DNA of 64,000 nt. It comes from Oligoflexales bacterium (lineage in GTDB: Bacteria > Bdellovibrionota_B > Oligoflexia > Oligoflexales > Bog-1112). Shown in pieces: positions 41,548-50,447 of the stretch (position 1 is the first letter of the stretch; the number at the start of each line of letters is the position of its first letter). The stretch spans positions 1 through 64,000 of the forward strand of contig JBGCEP010000014.1 of assembly GCA_045106415.1 (NCBI GenBank), in the 5' to 3' direction. Position numbers and translations under genes: made by a program. Under the pieces are notes generated by a model. It saw nothing but the letters and a program-made list of their open reading frames with translations, was not told the DNA's origin and made no database searches.

Positions 41548-42858
41548 TTTTGTTTTCATACAGTGCTTTGTTTATCTTTTTTTTAGTGGGTGTCATCAAG
41601 TATTGATACATTCAAAACCTTCCCCAAAAACATCATGTGTCTCAATGGTCTAATCAACAAGGCTTTGAAGAAAATGATGACGTGTATATGCTTCTAGATA
41701 CTGAGGCCAATTTTATATGGGAAGATGCTGTTGAAAATTCTCAAAAAGGAAAAGCATCTTATGTAAAAATATTGATACCCTGTGAAGTCATTCAACGTAT
41801 AGAAGTGGTGTGTGATCAATATTATGTTTCTTTTCTAGAAGAAAAAACCTTACGGTTAACAAATCAGCGCATGTCTTCATCTATTAAGAATTCAAATGTG
41901 TCTAGACAAGATCAAAGTGAAGATCTAAAAACACGAGAAAATATAGAGGAAAGGCGAAGTTCCTTTGAGACAAGAATGAGGAATTATGAAGGTGTAAGAA
42001 ATGAAATTTTAAAAGAGTTGAATAACTTGATTTATGATGACGAGAGTCGTGTAAGTTTGTCACCTGAAGCTGTGTCTTTGCTTGATGTAACAACTCGAAG
42101 TGTGGGAACTATTGAATTTAAAAATACACCACAGAGTGCACCTGTAAATAAAGGAAGAGGCTTTTTAAGTAGTTTAAAAAAAATCAATAAAAGTAGCTCG
42201 ATTAAAAATAAGCCGGATATTTGTGTCTTCTGAATCACAAGATCTTAACTCTTTAGAATTGGAGTGCTTAAGTATTGGTTTAGCTAAAATGTACGAAAAG
42301 AATAATGATGGTCTTAAAAAATTAGTAGTTTTTGGAAAAATTAAGCTCTTCGAATTAGAATCTTTGCCCTTGAAAGGTTTTGAATCTAATGAAATTTTAG
42401 GGGAAAGTCTCAATAATGTGAAAGTAAGAGATCAATATGAATTAACAGAATTTGTTCAATCGCAGGCAGATCTATTTTATGAAAAAAATAGCACGAAAAC
42501 AATTGTTCTTGGTCATCTTCCTGATACGCAGGCTGATGTGTGGAGGTGATCAAATTCTATTGAAACTCTTGATATCAAAGAGTGGACCCTAGAAAAAAAT
42601 CTTGACTGGATTCGTGATCATATAAGAAGGGGGTCGCGTATCGTTCTTGGGTCAAAACGAAGAGAATATCGCCCAGGTGTCGATGGTTTTATCCCTGTCT
42701 ATCATCAAGAGATCCGTTTGTTGTTTGATAGTGGCTATGCGAGGGTGGGAAGAGAAATGGTTCCTATGGCGCAAATAAGTAGTGATTTTCAAAGTCAAGA
42801 GACCCTAGCAGGGGTCTGTGTCCATAAAAATTGTTATCCAGGCGAGGCTCCAAAATAG
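41540..42858 (+). pseudogene. Interrupted lipoprotein gene (~438 aa reconstructed) with C-terminal RHS/polymorphic-toxin-like domain
   Basis: ATG 41540 overlaps the cheW stop and gives MRSFVFIQCFVYLFFSGC; one-base shifts near A5 (41626-41630) and A8 (42176-42183) join ORFs 41637 and 42223; the frame stays open past TGA 42547-42549 to TAG 42858. Confidence 0.6.
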
Positions 42859-42920
42859 GTCTCTTTCATGGTATGAGATAAAATAACTGTAATGTTCATC
42901 TGAATTTACGGTTGGTGCTC

Positions 42921-43949
42921 ATGTTTCAAGATATTCAATATAAATTACAATGGTTGAATCGACACCCTGAAGCGCAGACGTTTGTTCGTATGTGTGAAGA
43001 ACTAAGGACAGCTACGCATAGTGGTGTCGCTTTAGATATTGCTTACGCAAGTGCGCGTCACCATACTTTTCGACACTGTGTTCAATTTCTTAGTACTCTG
43101 GTTGAGACTCTCGGTGGGGCTGTGGATCAGTTAGGCCTTTTGCGATTAATGGAAATGACGGATGCTTATGTTGAGCGTCCAGATCTTGAAGTCCCAGGCT
43201 TTTTTGAGGCAGTCTTAGTTGAGGCATCCTGTGCTTATGATCAAAAACATCTTATTCTTGATTTGGGTGTTGGCGCAGGTGTTGTTGACCATCTTAATCA
43301 AGTTGCGCAGCGGGACGATGTTGACGGTTTTCGTGAGGCGATGGAAAAATTTGCTGTGGAAGCAAATGAATGCCCATGGGCATTGGATTTAAAAAGAATC
43401 CGTTGGTGTGTTCCTGGGGATGTTGATTTTGTTCCTGAACTGTTGATGAACATAGGCCTTGTTCAGCCTGTTGAGCTTGATGATAATTTGTGGAAGTGGT
43501 TATGTCTTGGGCAAATGATCGAAGGAACGCAAGAGCAGCCGAGTCTTACATTACGAGGATATAATCTTTCGGCAGCTTATTATGCTTTTCACTCATCTAA
43601 GAGTGTGCCTTGGCTTTATCGTCTTCATCCTTGTTGGCAAGCAGCTCGGGTGAAGTTTGCTGCGCAGAGTCAATTGGAAGAATGGTTTGAAAATCAAGTT
43701 CCAATGCATCCTATTGCTTTTGGACAGTGTGCAGAGCGTCAAATCGATGGGCCTTTTTTTCACTATACAGTTCACCGACTGAGGAAAGGTGCAACCGCTG
43801 ATGTGAGAATGCAGGCAGCTGAAATCCTGGCTTCCATGCCACCCCCTTTTCAAGATAGAGTACAAGAAGTTCTTAAAGAAGCGTCGAGTGATCCTGTGCC
43901 GAAAGTGCGATTGATGCTTCAAGGTTTATGTTCGCGAATGGAGAAGTGA
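42921..43949 (+). CDS. Hypothetical protein with C-terminal HEAT-like repeat
   Basis: DVRMQAAEILA...LKEASSDPVPKVR. Confidence 0.6.
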   Translation: MFQDIQYKLQWLNRHPEAQTFVRMCEELRTATHSGVALDIAYASARHHTFRHCVQFLSTLVETLGGAVDQLGLLRLMEMTDAYVERPDLEVPGFFEAVLVEASCAYDQKHLILDLGVGAGVVDHLNQVAQRDDVDGFREAMEKFAVEANECPWALDLKRIRWCVPGDVDFVPELLMNIGLVQPVELDDNLWKWLCLGQMIEGTQEQPSLTLRGYNLSAAYYAFHSSKSVPWLYRLHPCWQAARVKFAAQSQLEEWFENQVPMHPIAFGQCAERQIDGPFFHYTVHRLRKGATADVRMQAAEILASMPPPFQDRVQEVLKEASSDPVPKVRLMLQGLCSRMEK

Positions 43950-45371
43950 GTGGTTCAGAGTTTTGAAAAAAAACTTCAACAGCATCAAGTGAAGGTTAAA
44001 AAATCGCTTAAAGGACATAAGCCTATCCATCGAATTAAAGACGTTTGTTCTCTAGAAAACGGAACTCTATTACAACTTCCGCGAGAATATGAAGCAGAGT
44101 TGTGCGCAGGGTTCGTTGGTTTTATTCCAGCAGCTGGAGCTTCGAGTCGGTTTTTGGCGCCATTTTTACATTTGCTGCAGAGTTTAGAGAGAGAGACAGG
44201 GGTTGCTGAAGCCTACCAAGAGCTTTTGTTACAGCCTGGTCTTTTACCTGACGTTGTTCATCAATTAAAGAATAACAGTAAGCCTTCTCACGCGGTGATT
44301 GATGCTATTTTTGAAGTGTTAACAGGTCCAAAGGCTTTCTTCCCTTGTGTCCAAGAAGGGGCTCACTTTCTTCAAATGAAAGATTTAGAGCATCAATCTT
44401 ATGGGTTTTTGCAGGGGCAAGTTTTTATAGCTCCAGAAGGTTATGAGAAGCGTTTTAAAGAGTTTAATGGGTGCTTAGACACACATGTTTTTACACAAAA
44501 TAGAGACATGTCCACTGTGCGTTGCTCACAAGATGGAGAGTTCCTGAAGGATCAAGAGGACTACTCTATTGTTCCAGCAGGGCATGGAGCTCTAACAGAA
44601 CTGTTTTCGAAAGTTCAAACAAGTCTTCCGCATGCAAAATCTTTGTTGATCCGCAATATTGATAATGTCACAGGAGTCGCGGAGAGTGTTGTCGAGCATA
44701 CACAGTATTTTGTGAGTTTTTATGGGAAAATTAGAAAATTTCTTGATAAAATTCGAGAAGCATTACAGCAAGGCCAACGTGATATAGCATGTTCGTTTGC
44801 TCATGAACTGATGAGCTGTGTTCCTCAAAAGTGGTCTCCTGATGTAGAACAGCAAGCTCTGCTTAAGGAGAAGGCCTCGGATCCTTTGTATCTTGTTCAA
44901 ATGCAACTTTTTCATACTCCTATTTCATTGTTAAAAGAGTTCTCTCTTTTGAAGTTATATCAGAGGCCTTTAAATCTTTTAGGGCAGGTTCCCAAGCTTG
45001 ATTCTGATGTTGGTGGAACCCCTGTTCTCACTCGTGAGGGCTTTAAGCTTTGCATTGAGCTAGCTCATGTATCTACTGAAGACCGAGAAACTTATTTGGC
45101 AAAATCCACTCACTTTAATCCAGTTCTCGTTGCAGCTGAACTGGTTGCTGGTGATCCTTATGATCAAGAGCACCCTTTCTGGATTGTTGCTAGAAAACAA
45201 TGGAAAGGACAGTCGGTCTTTTATTACGAGAGCCTTTTATATGAACTGTTGGGGAACAGCATCTTAGCAAATGTTGTTTTTGTGAGTGTGCCTCGTTTTT
45301 TATTTCAACCCCATAAGTCTTTTGCGGATACAGAGCACCAAACCATGGTGGATCTCGGTTTTGAAGGTTAA
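43950..45371 (+). CDS. DUF4301-family protein (nucleotidyltransferase-like fold)
   Basis: FIPAAGASSR, PAGHGAL, NIDNV, GGTP, THFNPV, FVSVP..F.P.K. Confidence 0.75.
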   Translation: MVQSFEKKLQQHQVKVKKSLKGHKPIHRIKDVCSLENGTLLQLPREYEAELCAGFVGFIPAAGASSRFLAPFLHLLQSLERETGVAEAYQELLLQPGLLPDVVHQLKNNSKPSHAVIDAIFEVLTGPKAFFPCVQEGAHFLQMKDLEHQSYGFLQGQVFIAPEGYEKRFKEFNGCLDTHVFTQNRDMSTVRCSQDGEFLKDQEDYSIVPAGHGALTELFSKVQTSLPHAKSLLIRNIDNVTGVAESVVEHTQYFVSFYGKIRKFLDKIREALQQGQRDIACSFAHELMSCVPQKWSPDVEQQALLKEKASDPLYLVQMQLFHTPISLLKEFSLLKLYQRPLNLLGQVPKLDSDVGGTPVLTREGFKLCIELAHVSTEDRETYLAKSTHFNPVLVAAELVAGDPYDQEHPFWIVARKQWKGQSVFYYESLLYELLGNSILANVVFVSVPRFLFQPHKSFADTEHQTMVDLGFEG

Positions 45372-45631
45372 GACCAGCAAAAACGATCTAGTCCTAGTTC
45401 AGGTTTGCCTCTTGCTGTGAATGCGCCTCTCGCAGACAATGACAAGTAAGGGGCCTGCTTGAGGCTTGCCTGCAATGTCTAGGATGGAGTGTGAAGCTTT
45501 GGTGGAGTTAAGTGTGCTAGCTGAAGAGCGAGGTGAGTTATTATCAAAGGTTCTTGAATCCTGCTACAAACTTGGGGTCAAGGTATATTATGAGTATGAA
45601 GATGATGAAATGTGGGTAAATATAAAGCATT

Positions 45632-46411
45632 TTATGAGCGCTCTGGCGCCAGTAAAATAAACGTTTCTTGATTCCCGTATCGACCAGAAACTTTACAAGT
45701 TTGTCTGGAGATGACTTTGCGACCTTCTTTCAAACATGCTTGAATCACTTTTTGAATAGCAGCTTCTTGCATTTGCTGGTCTGTGATGATGCCGCCTGTT
45801 GGGATATCTTTTTTAGGGACTTCAAATTGAGGTTTTACGAGAAGTAACCACTGGGCGCTTGGAGCTATTCTAGTGAGAGCGGGTAATATCGTTGTCAAAG
45901 AGATAAAGCTCACATCTCCTGTGACCCAGCTTGGTGTTGGAGTGGGGCATGCAAAATCACGAATATCTGTTTGTTCAAAAACTTCGACGCGAGCATCTTG
46001 GCGGAGGCTCCATGCCATTTGGTTGGTTCCAACATCAACGGCATAGACCTTCGAGGCTTTTGCTTCCAGAAGGCATTGGGTAAACCCACCTGTTGACGAC
46101 CCAATATCAAGTGCGACAGTGTTCTCTATTTGATTTTGTAAGGCAAAGGCTTCGAGGGCATCAAATAGCTTTTGTCCAGAGCGGCTGACCCAACGTTTTT
46201 GCTGTTTGATGCGAAGAGTAGATTTTGAAGATATTTTATGGCCAGGTTTGTCGACTCTTTGATCTTCTGCGATAATTTTTCCTGCGATAACAAGAGATTG
46301 AGCGTGCTTTATGTCTTTGGCAAGGCCTCTTTGGACAAGAATATCATCGACTCTGATCATGAGGCGCTTCTGACTGATTTTATTGTGAAGTGAGTGGCTT
46401 GCAGGTTTCAT
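45632..46411 (-). CDS. tlyA: TlyA-family rRNA 2'-O-methyltransferase (S4 + FtsJ domains); start uncertain
   Basis: WVSRSGQKL, DIGSSTGGFT, VDVG, DVSFIS, LVKPQFE. Confidence 0.92.
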   Translation of the reverse strand: MKPASHSLHNKISQKRLMIRVDDILVQRGLAKDIKHAQSLVIAGKIIAEDQRVDKPGHKISSKSTLRIKQQKRWVSRSGQKLFDALEAFALQNQIENTVALDIGSSTGGFTQCLLEAKASKVYAVDVGTNQMAWSLRQDARVEVFEQTDIRDFACPTPTPSWVTGDVSFISLTTILPALTRIAPSAQWLLLVKPQFEVPKKDIPTGGIITDQQMQEAAIQKVIQACLKEGRKVISRQTCKVSGRYGNQETFILLAPERS

Positions 46412-46644
46412 AAAGCTTTCTTTCTCTATCACTAGGCTTCGCAGATCTCTACAATGATCTTGATAACAGAGATTACTTTGCATTTCCTTTCCCGTCTAGT
46501 GGTTTTAAGTATTTTTTTTGTTTAGGAACTCTTATCTTTTTGTTCTTTAAACATAAATAATATTGATATGTTATCAACAAAATCTCATGGATTGACCGAA
46601 AACCTCCGAGTTCTTATTTTGTCAGGAAACCTGAAGGAGAAAAT

Positions 46645-47352
46645 ATGGGTGGGCAATCAGTGCGGATGTTGATGATTGATGAAGCGAGGATGACCTCTTC
46701 TCTAGAGAGGCAAAGTTATCGTGATATGGGGGTGTCGATCCATGGTGTGGCAAGTTATAAAGAGGCTGTTGATGCTTTGAGTCATAAAACTATTGATGTG
46801 GTGGCTATTAATCTAGATAACACGAGTCTCGACGGTATTTATGCTATTCAACACTTAAGAGAAGAGTATGTTGATCTTCCTATTTTGGCTTTGAGTGTTG
46901 AAAATAGGCAGTCGAAAGATGCGTTAAGCGCAGGAGCTTCAGTTTTTATTGAACAACCGATACCTCGTGAGATTATTGTAGAAAAAGTCAAAGGCTTGTT
47001 GACGCAGGCGACTCGAACAGATGCCCGAATGGAGATTGCGGGTCGAGCAACTCTGCAGTGGGGTGGTGAGTCTTGTGAGTATGAGATTGAGGATCTATCG
47101 ATTTCTGGTGTGTTGTTGCGTTCAAATGCGTCATGTCTGGAAGACGGAGATATGCAAGTGTCTATTCGCCTTGATGGGATACGTAAAGTTTTTACTGCGA
47201 CAGGTATCTATGTCAGGCAGGTTGATTTAGAAGGTGGTGGTACAGGTTTTGGGGTGAAGTTTACGGAGTTTAAAGGGGATACTGAGCAGCGGTTGAAGAC
47301 ACAGCTTACAAAAAGTGCGATGTCAGATGTGAGTATCCAATATTATCTTTAA
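46645..47352 (+). CDS. Pseudo-receiver domain plus PilZ domain protein
   Basis: REC-like fold lacking canonical Asp and Lys; PilZ motifs RTDAR and DLSISG. Confidence 0.8.
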   Translation: MGGQSVRMLMIDEARMTSSLERQSYRDMGVSIHGVASYKEAVDALSHKTIDVVAINLDNTSLDGIYAIQHLREEYVDLPILALSVENRQSKDALSAGASVFIEQPIPREIIVEKVKGLLTQATRTDARMEIAGRATLQWGGESCEYEIEDLSISGVLLRSNASCLEDGDMQVSIRLDGIRKVFTATGIYVRQVDLEGGGTGFGVKFTEFKGDTEQRLKTQLTKSAMSDVSIQYYL

Positions 47353-47360
47353 GGCCGTGT

Positions 47361-48410
47361 TTAGGCTTGTCTGACAGCTAACTGTCCACAAGCACCATCG
47401 ACATCTTGTGCTTTGCTGTAGCGAACCATAGTCCTAATGTCAGCCTGTTTGAGTACTGCTCTGAAGTTTTCTATATTTTCGGGCTGTGGGCTTGAAAAGC
47501 TAGACGCAGAGAATTCATTAAACGGGATGAGATTGATTTTAACAGGAAGCTTTCTTAGAAGCTCTGCGAGGTTTTGTGCCTCTTCGACGCTGTCGTTTAC
47601 GCCGTGAATGAGAGTGTATTGCACGAGAAAGAAGTTTTTTTGTTCATGTGCTTTTTGGGATAAAAAAGCGAGGACATTTTTCACAGGAAAGCGTTTTTCA
47701 ATAGGAAGCAAGCGTGCGCGATGTTTTACAGCATGCAAGCTAAGAGCCACAGGAACTCTAGGGTGAATAGCAACGAATTCTTTAAGGCCGTCGAGATGCC
47801 CTGCTGTGGAAACTGTGAGTTTTCTTTGAGCAATTCCTGCAGCGTTTAAGTCAAGGAGTACAGATACGGCTTGAGCGACTGCTGGGACGTTGTCAAGAGG
47901 TTCTCCCATTCCCATAAAAACAACATTTGTAACTCGATCGTGTTTTTTGTAAGGGAATTTGTCAAGCCATGTCGGATTTTGAGTGATCCATTGATTTGCA
48001 GCGGCAACTTGCCCTGTGATCTCAGCGGTGGTGAGTTGTCGAACTAAGCCCATGCGCCCTGTATGGCAAAAACTACAAGCTTGTTGGCAACCGACTTGAG
48101 ATGAAATGCAAAGAGTCACTCGGTTACGCTCAGGCATTAGAACTGTTTCGACATGGAGGTCATCATTGAGTTTTGTCAAAAATTTGACAGAGCCATCAAA
48201 GCGCGACTGTTGAGGTTGGGTGAGGGTGACCGAAATCGTTGCGCTCCACGGGAGCTTTTGAAGAGACCTAGGGAGCCCAGGGCCATTAAAAGGGTGCAGC
48301 TGGTTGTGCCAAAGGTTTTGTAGAATCGGTTTTGCGTGAGCTTTTGATATATTGTTCTTTTTTAGAAGGTTTGCTAAATCAGAAACATTTAAAGTATAGA
48401 GATCTGTCAT
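47361..48410 (-). CDS. rlmN: 23S rRNA m2A2503 / tRNA A37 radical-SAM methyltransferase
   Basis: CISSQVGCQQACSFC, VVFMGMGEP, SLHA, NLIPFN, GACGQL. Confidence 0.94.
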   Translation of the reverse strand: MTDLYTLNVSDLANLLKKNNISKAHAKPILQNLWHNQLHPFNGPGLPRSLQKLPWSATISVTLTQPQQSRFDGSVKFLTKLNDDLHVETVLMPERNRVTLCISSQVGCQQACSFCHTGRMGLVRQLTTAEITGQVAAANQWITQNPTWLDKFPYKKHDRVTNVVFMGMGEPLDNVPAVAQAVSVLLDLNAAGIAQRKLTVSTAGHLDGLKEFVAIHPRVPVALSLHAVKHRARLLPIEKRFPVKNVLAFLSQKAHEQKNFFLVQYTLIHGVNDSVEEAQNLAELLRKLPVKINLIPFNEFSASSFSSPQPENIENFRAVLKQADIRTMVRYSKAQDVDGACGQLAVRQA

Positions 48411-48479
48411 TTTTGCCTTCCTCACACACAAGATAGCGGAAGCTACCCTGAAATGATGATACTTGCAAGGCTCTGATGG

Positions 48480-49034
48480 TTATTCTTTAGGCTTTTGAGT
48501 GTTCTGATCTTGAGTGGCGTTCTCTGAACTTGTATCTGCTTTTCGCCTTTGTGCAGCAGAACCGTCATCTTTGACTAAAGAGCCGTGTTTTTTTTCTAGT
48601 GACTCTGCAAGTTCGTTAAGGTGAAGAGCGAGGCTCTGCATCTCATCATGAGCGCGAATCTTTACTCTTGAGTGATATCGGCCGCTTTTTAATTCAATAA
48701 TGAGCCTTTCGAGTGAGACCATAGGGCCGTAATAACGGTGAGTTAGCTTGAAAACAACCCAGAATAAAATTATGAGATAAGCCACAATGGCAAATATTAA
48801 CTGAGAGATGTTCATGATGAAGACTTCGTCAGTCACGACTTCCCATTGTAGGTCAGGATCAACAACCTGGAAAATCCTCATGACATGACTGTATTGTTGT
48901 TTAAAGGAGTCAATAAATAAATATGCAAGAATGCCAACAAATGCGAATGAAAGAGCGATCATATACAAGCCAAACTTGATCTGACGAAATGGCTCGACGA
49001 GAGTTGATCGAATGGAACGTGATTGTCTACTCAT
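48480..49034 (-). CDS. Two-TM HAMP-domain membrane protein without output domain
   Basis: Two hydrophobic helices; THRYYGP...R.HDEMQSLA..LN.LA. Confidence 0.75.
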   Translation of the reverse strand: MSRQSRSIRSTLVEPFRQIKFGLYMIALSFAFVGILAYLFIDSFKQQYSHVMRIFQVVDPDLQWEVVTDEVFIMNISQLIFAIVAYLIILFWVVFKLTHRYYGPMVSLERLIIELKSGRYHSRVKIRAHDEMQSLALHLNELAESLEKKHGSLVKDDGSAAQRRKADTSSENATQDQNTQKPKE

Positions 49035-49056
49035 CTTATCCTCCTACCTTTACAGG

Positions 49057-49083
49057 GTATCGGAAAGAAAGATTTGAGCTTGA
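49057..49083 (-). promoter_or_regulatory. Putative sigma28-type promoter
   Basis: TCAA-N15-TCCGATAC upstream of the HAMP gene. Confidence 0.55.
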
Positions 49084-49216
49084 ACTTCGGTGTTTATATT
49101 TTGATTTTTTCTATTATTTTCTTTTAAAATTAATATGTTATGTTTCTGAGGCCTTTTTTTTTTGAGAGTTATACATGAGAAGAAAGAATGAAAAAGTATT
49201 TTAAATGAAACTCATG

Positions 49217-49245
49217 TTGAACATGGCTTGTGACTCAGGTAGTAT
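49217..49245 (+). promoter_or_regulatory. Putative sigma70 promoter for the small basic gene
   Basis: TTGAAC-N17-TAGTAT. Confidence 0.5.
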
Positions 49246-49287
49246 TGGCCACCTTAATTGGTGCGTGATATTTTCGTGGAGGCTAGC

Positions 49288-49395
49288 GTGCACGGCTCAA
49301 GACATCGTAGAAAACATCCTAAGGGACGTCGTAAAGTGGGACGTAAAAAACGTCGCATGATGAGAAAACGTCGTATGCTTAGAACTCGTAAGTAG
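49288..49395 (+). CDS. 35-aa Arg/Lys-rich small protein (absent from the ORF track)
   Basis: GGAGG RBS, GTG start; MHGSRHRRKHPKGRRKVGRKKRRMMRKRRMLRTRK; downstream hairpin. Confidence 0.8.
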   Translation: MHGSRHRRKHPKGRRKVGRKKRRMMRKRRMLRTRK

Positions 49396-49408
49396 AGTAC
49401 AAGAGTTT

Positions 49409-49438
49409 TGCACCATTACTGGTTTCAGTTTTGGTGCA
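49409..49438 (+). terminator. Hairpin downstream of the small basic gene
   Basis: TGCACCA...ACTG-gttt-CAGT...TGGTGCA followed by T-rich sequence. Confidence 0.5.
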
Positions 49439-49722
49439 GACTCAGCTCTTTCTTCTGTTTTGTTTTTTCAATCAAAATACCTTCTGTTCTTAGAAGGTTA
49501 CCCCTTGCTTGCAACGAATATAAAAAAATTGTATTGAGATATAAAATATCCTGAGATATGGTTTAAAGTTTTGTATTCTTTATGAGACTGTAATTTCTAG
49601 GTTTTTTCCTAGGTTCTCCATTGCTTTTCCAAAAAATCTCCTTCTATAATAGAAAACATAATTACCACACAGCCGTGGAAATGTTGTGCTTTTAATGGTG
49701 CACTTCCAAAGGGGTCGCGGAT

Positions 49723-50415
49723 ATGATCGAGTTTCTTTACCGTCTCAGTGATGCTTTGCCTTCGTGGGAGCCAGATGCCGAGTGGAGTTTGGCCCGTGTT
49801 TCCGAGGAGACTCAGACTTCGGTGTCTTATGTTCTTCAATGTTTTAGTGATGTTCTCGAAAGAGATTTTGATATCACTGAGTCGATGACATTGAAAGACG
49901 CAGCCCGAGTTGTTGAAGTCTTAAGGGATCGTTGTCGCGATGAAATCGTACAGCGAGAGCGTTTTGCTGAGCAAAAAAGACATGTTGCTGTTGAGGCGTA
50001 TGATCGTGCAATGGATCGGTTACGCGTCACGCTTTACCGAAAGCAATGGTACTCTGCTTTTCGGGGTCTTTGTTACTTCACTGGTCAGTATGAAGAAAAT
50101 CTTCCGCGAGAGCTCGTGGTAAATCTTTGTAGTGAGATTGTGAGAGTGGGCATTAAGTCAGATGCAAATATTCAAGAATTAGGTCGCTGGTTAGAGCATG
50201 GCGTCTCTGTTTCTATGACAGCACAGTCGAGAGAAGGTGTTGAAGATGCTTTGGATTTGGTTGATGCGTATGCTGCTCATTTTTTAGATGAAGTATCAGG
50301 TAATGGCATGAGACTGCTTGGAAATATTCTTGCTATTCTTGAAGAGCCTTCGGCTCGCTTTGAGTTATGGCAGCAATATAAAGACTTAGTTGATGGCCTT
50401 TACCCTGCTTCGTAA
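49723..50415 (+). CDS. Hypothetical helical protein
   Basis: 230-aa ORF with AGGGG upstream; no family recognised. Confidence 0.65.
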   Translation: MIEFLYRLSDALPSWEPDAEWSLARVSEETQTSVSYVLQCFSDVLERDFDITESMTLKDAARVVEVLRDRCRDEIVQRERFAEQKRHVAVEAYDRAMDRLRVTLYRKQWYSAFRGLCYFTGQYEENLPRELVVNLCSEIVRVGIKSDANIQELGRWLEHGVSVSMTAQSREGVEDALDLVDAYAAHFLDEVSGNGMRLLGNILAILEEPSARFELWQQYKDLVDGLYPAS

Positions 50416-50447
50416 TATGAACAACATTTTGATGATGCTGGAGACCT

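Noticed and set aside
42547..42549. In-frame TGA as evidence of an alternative genetic code or selenocysteine
   Set aside because: TGA terminates nqrC, nqrF, hbd and others normally; no redox-motif context and only a weak hairpin
45466..45660. 64-aa plus-strand ORF overlapping the tlyA 3' end
   Set aside because: TTG start without RBS, convergent overlap, no motif; cannot be supported
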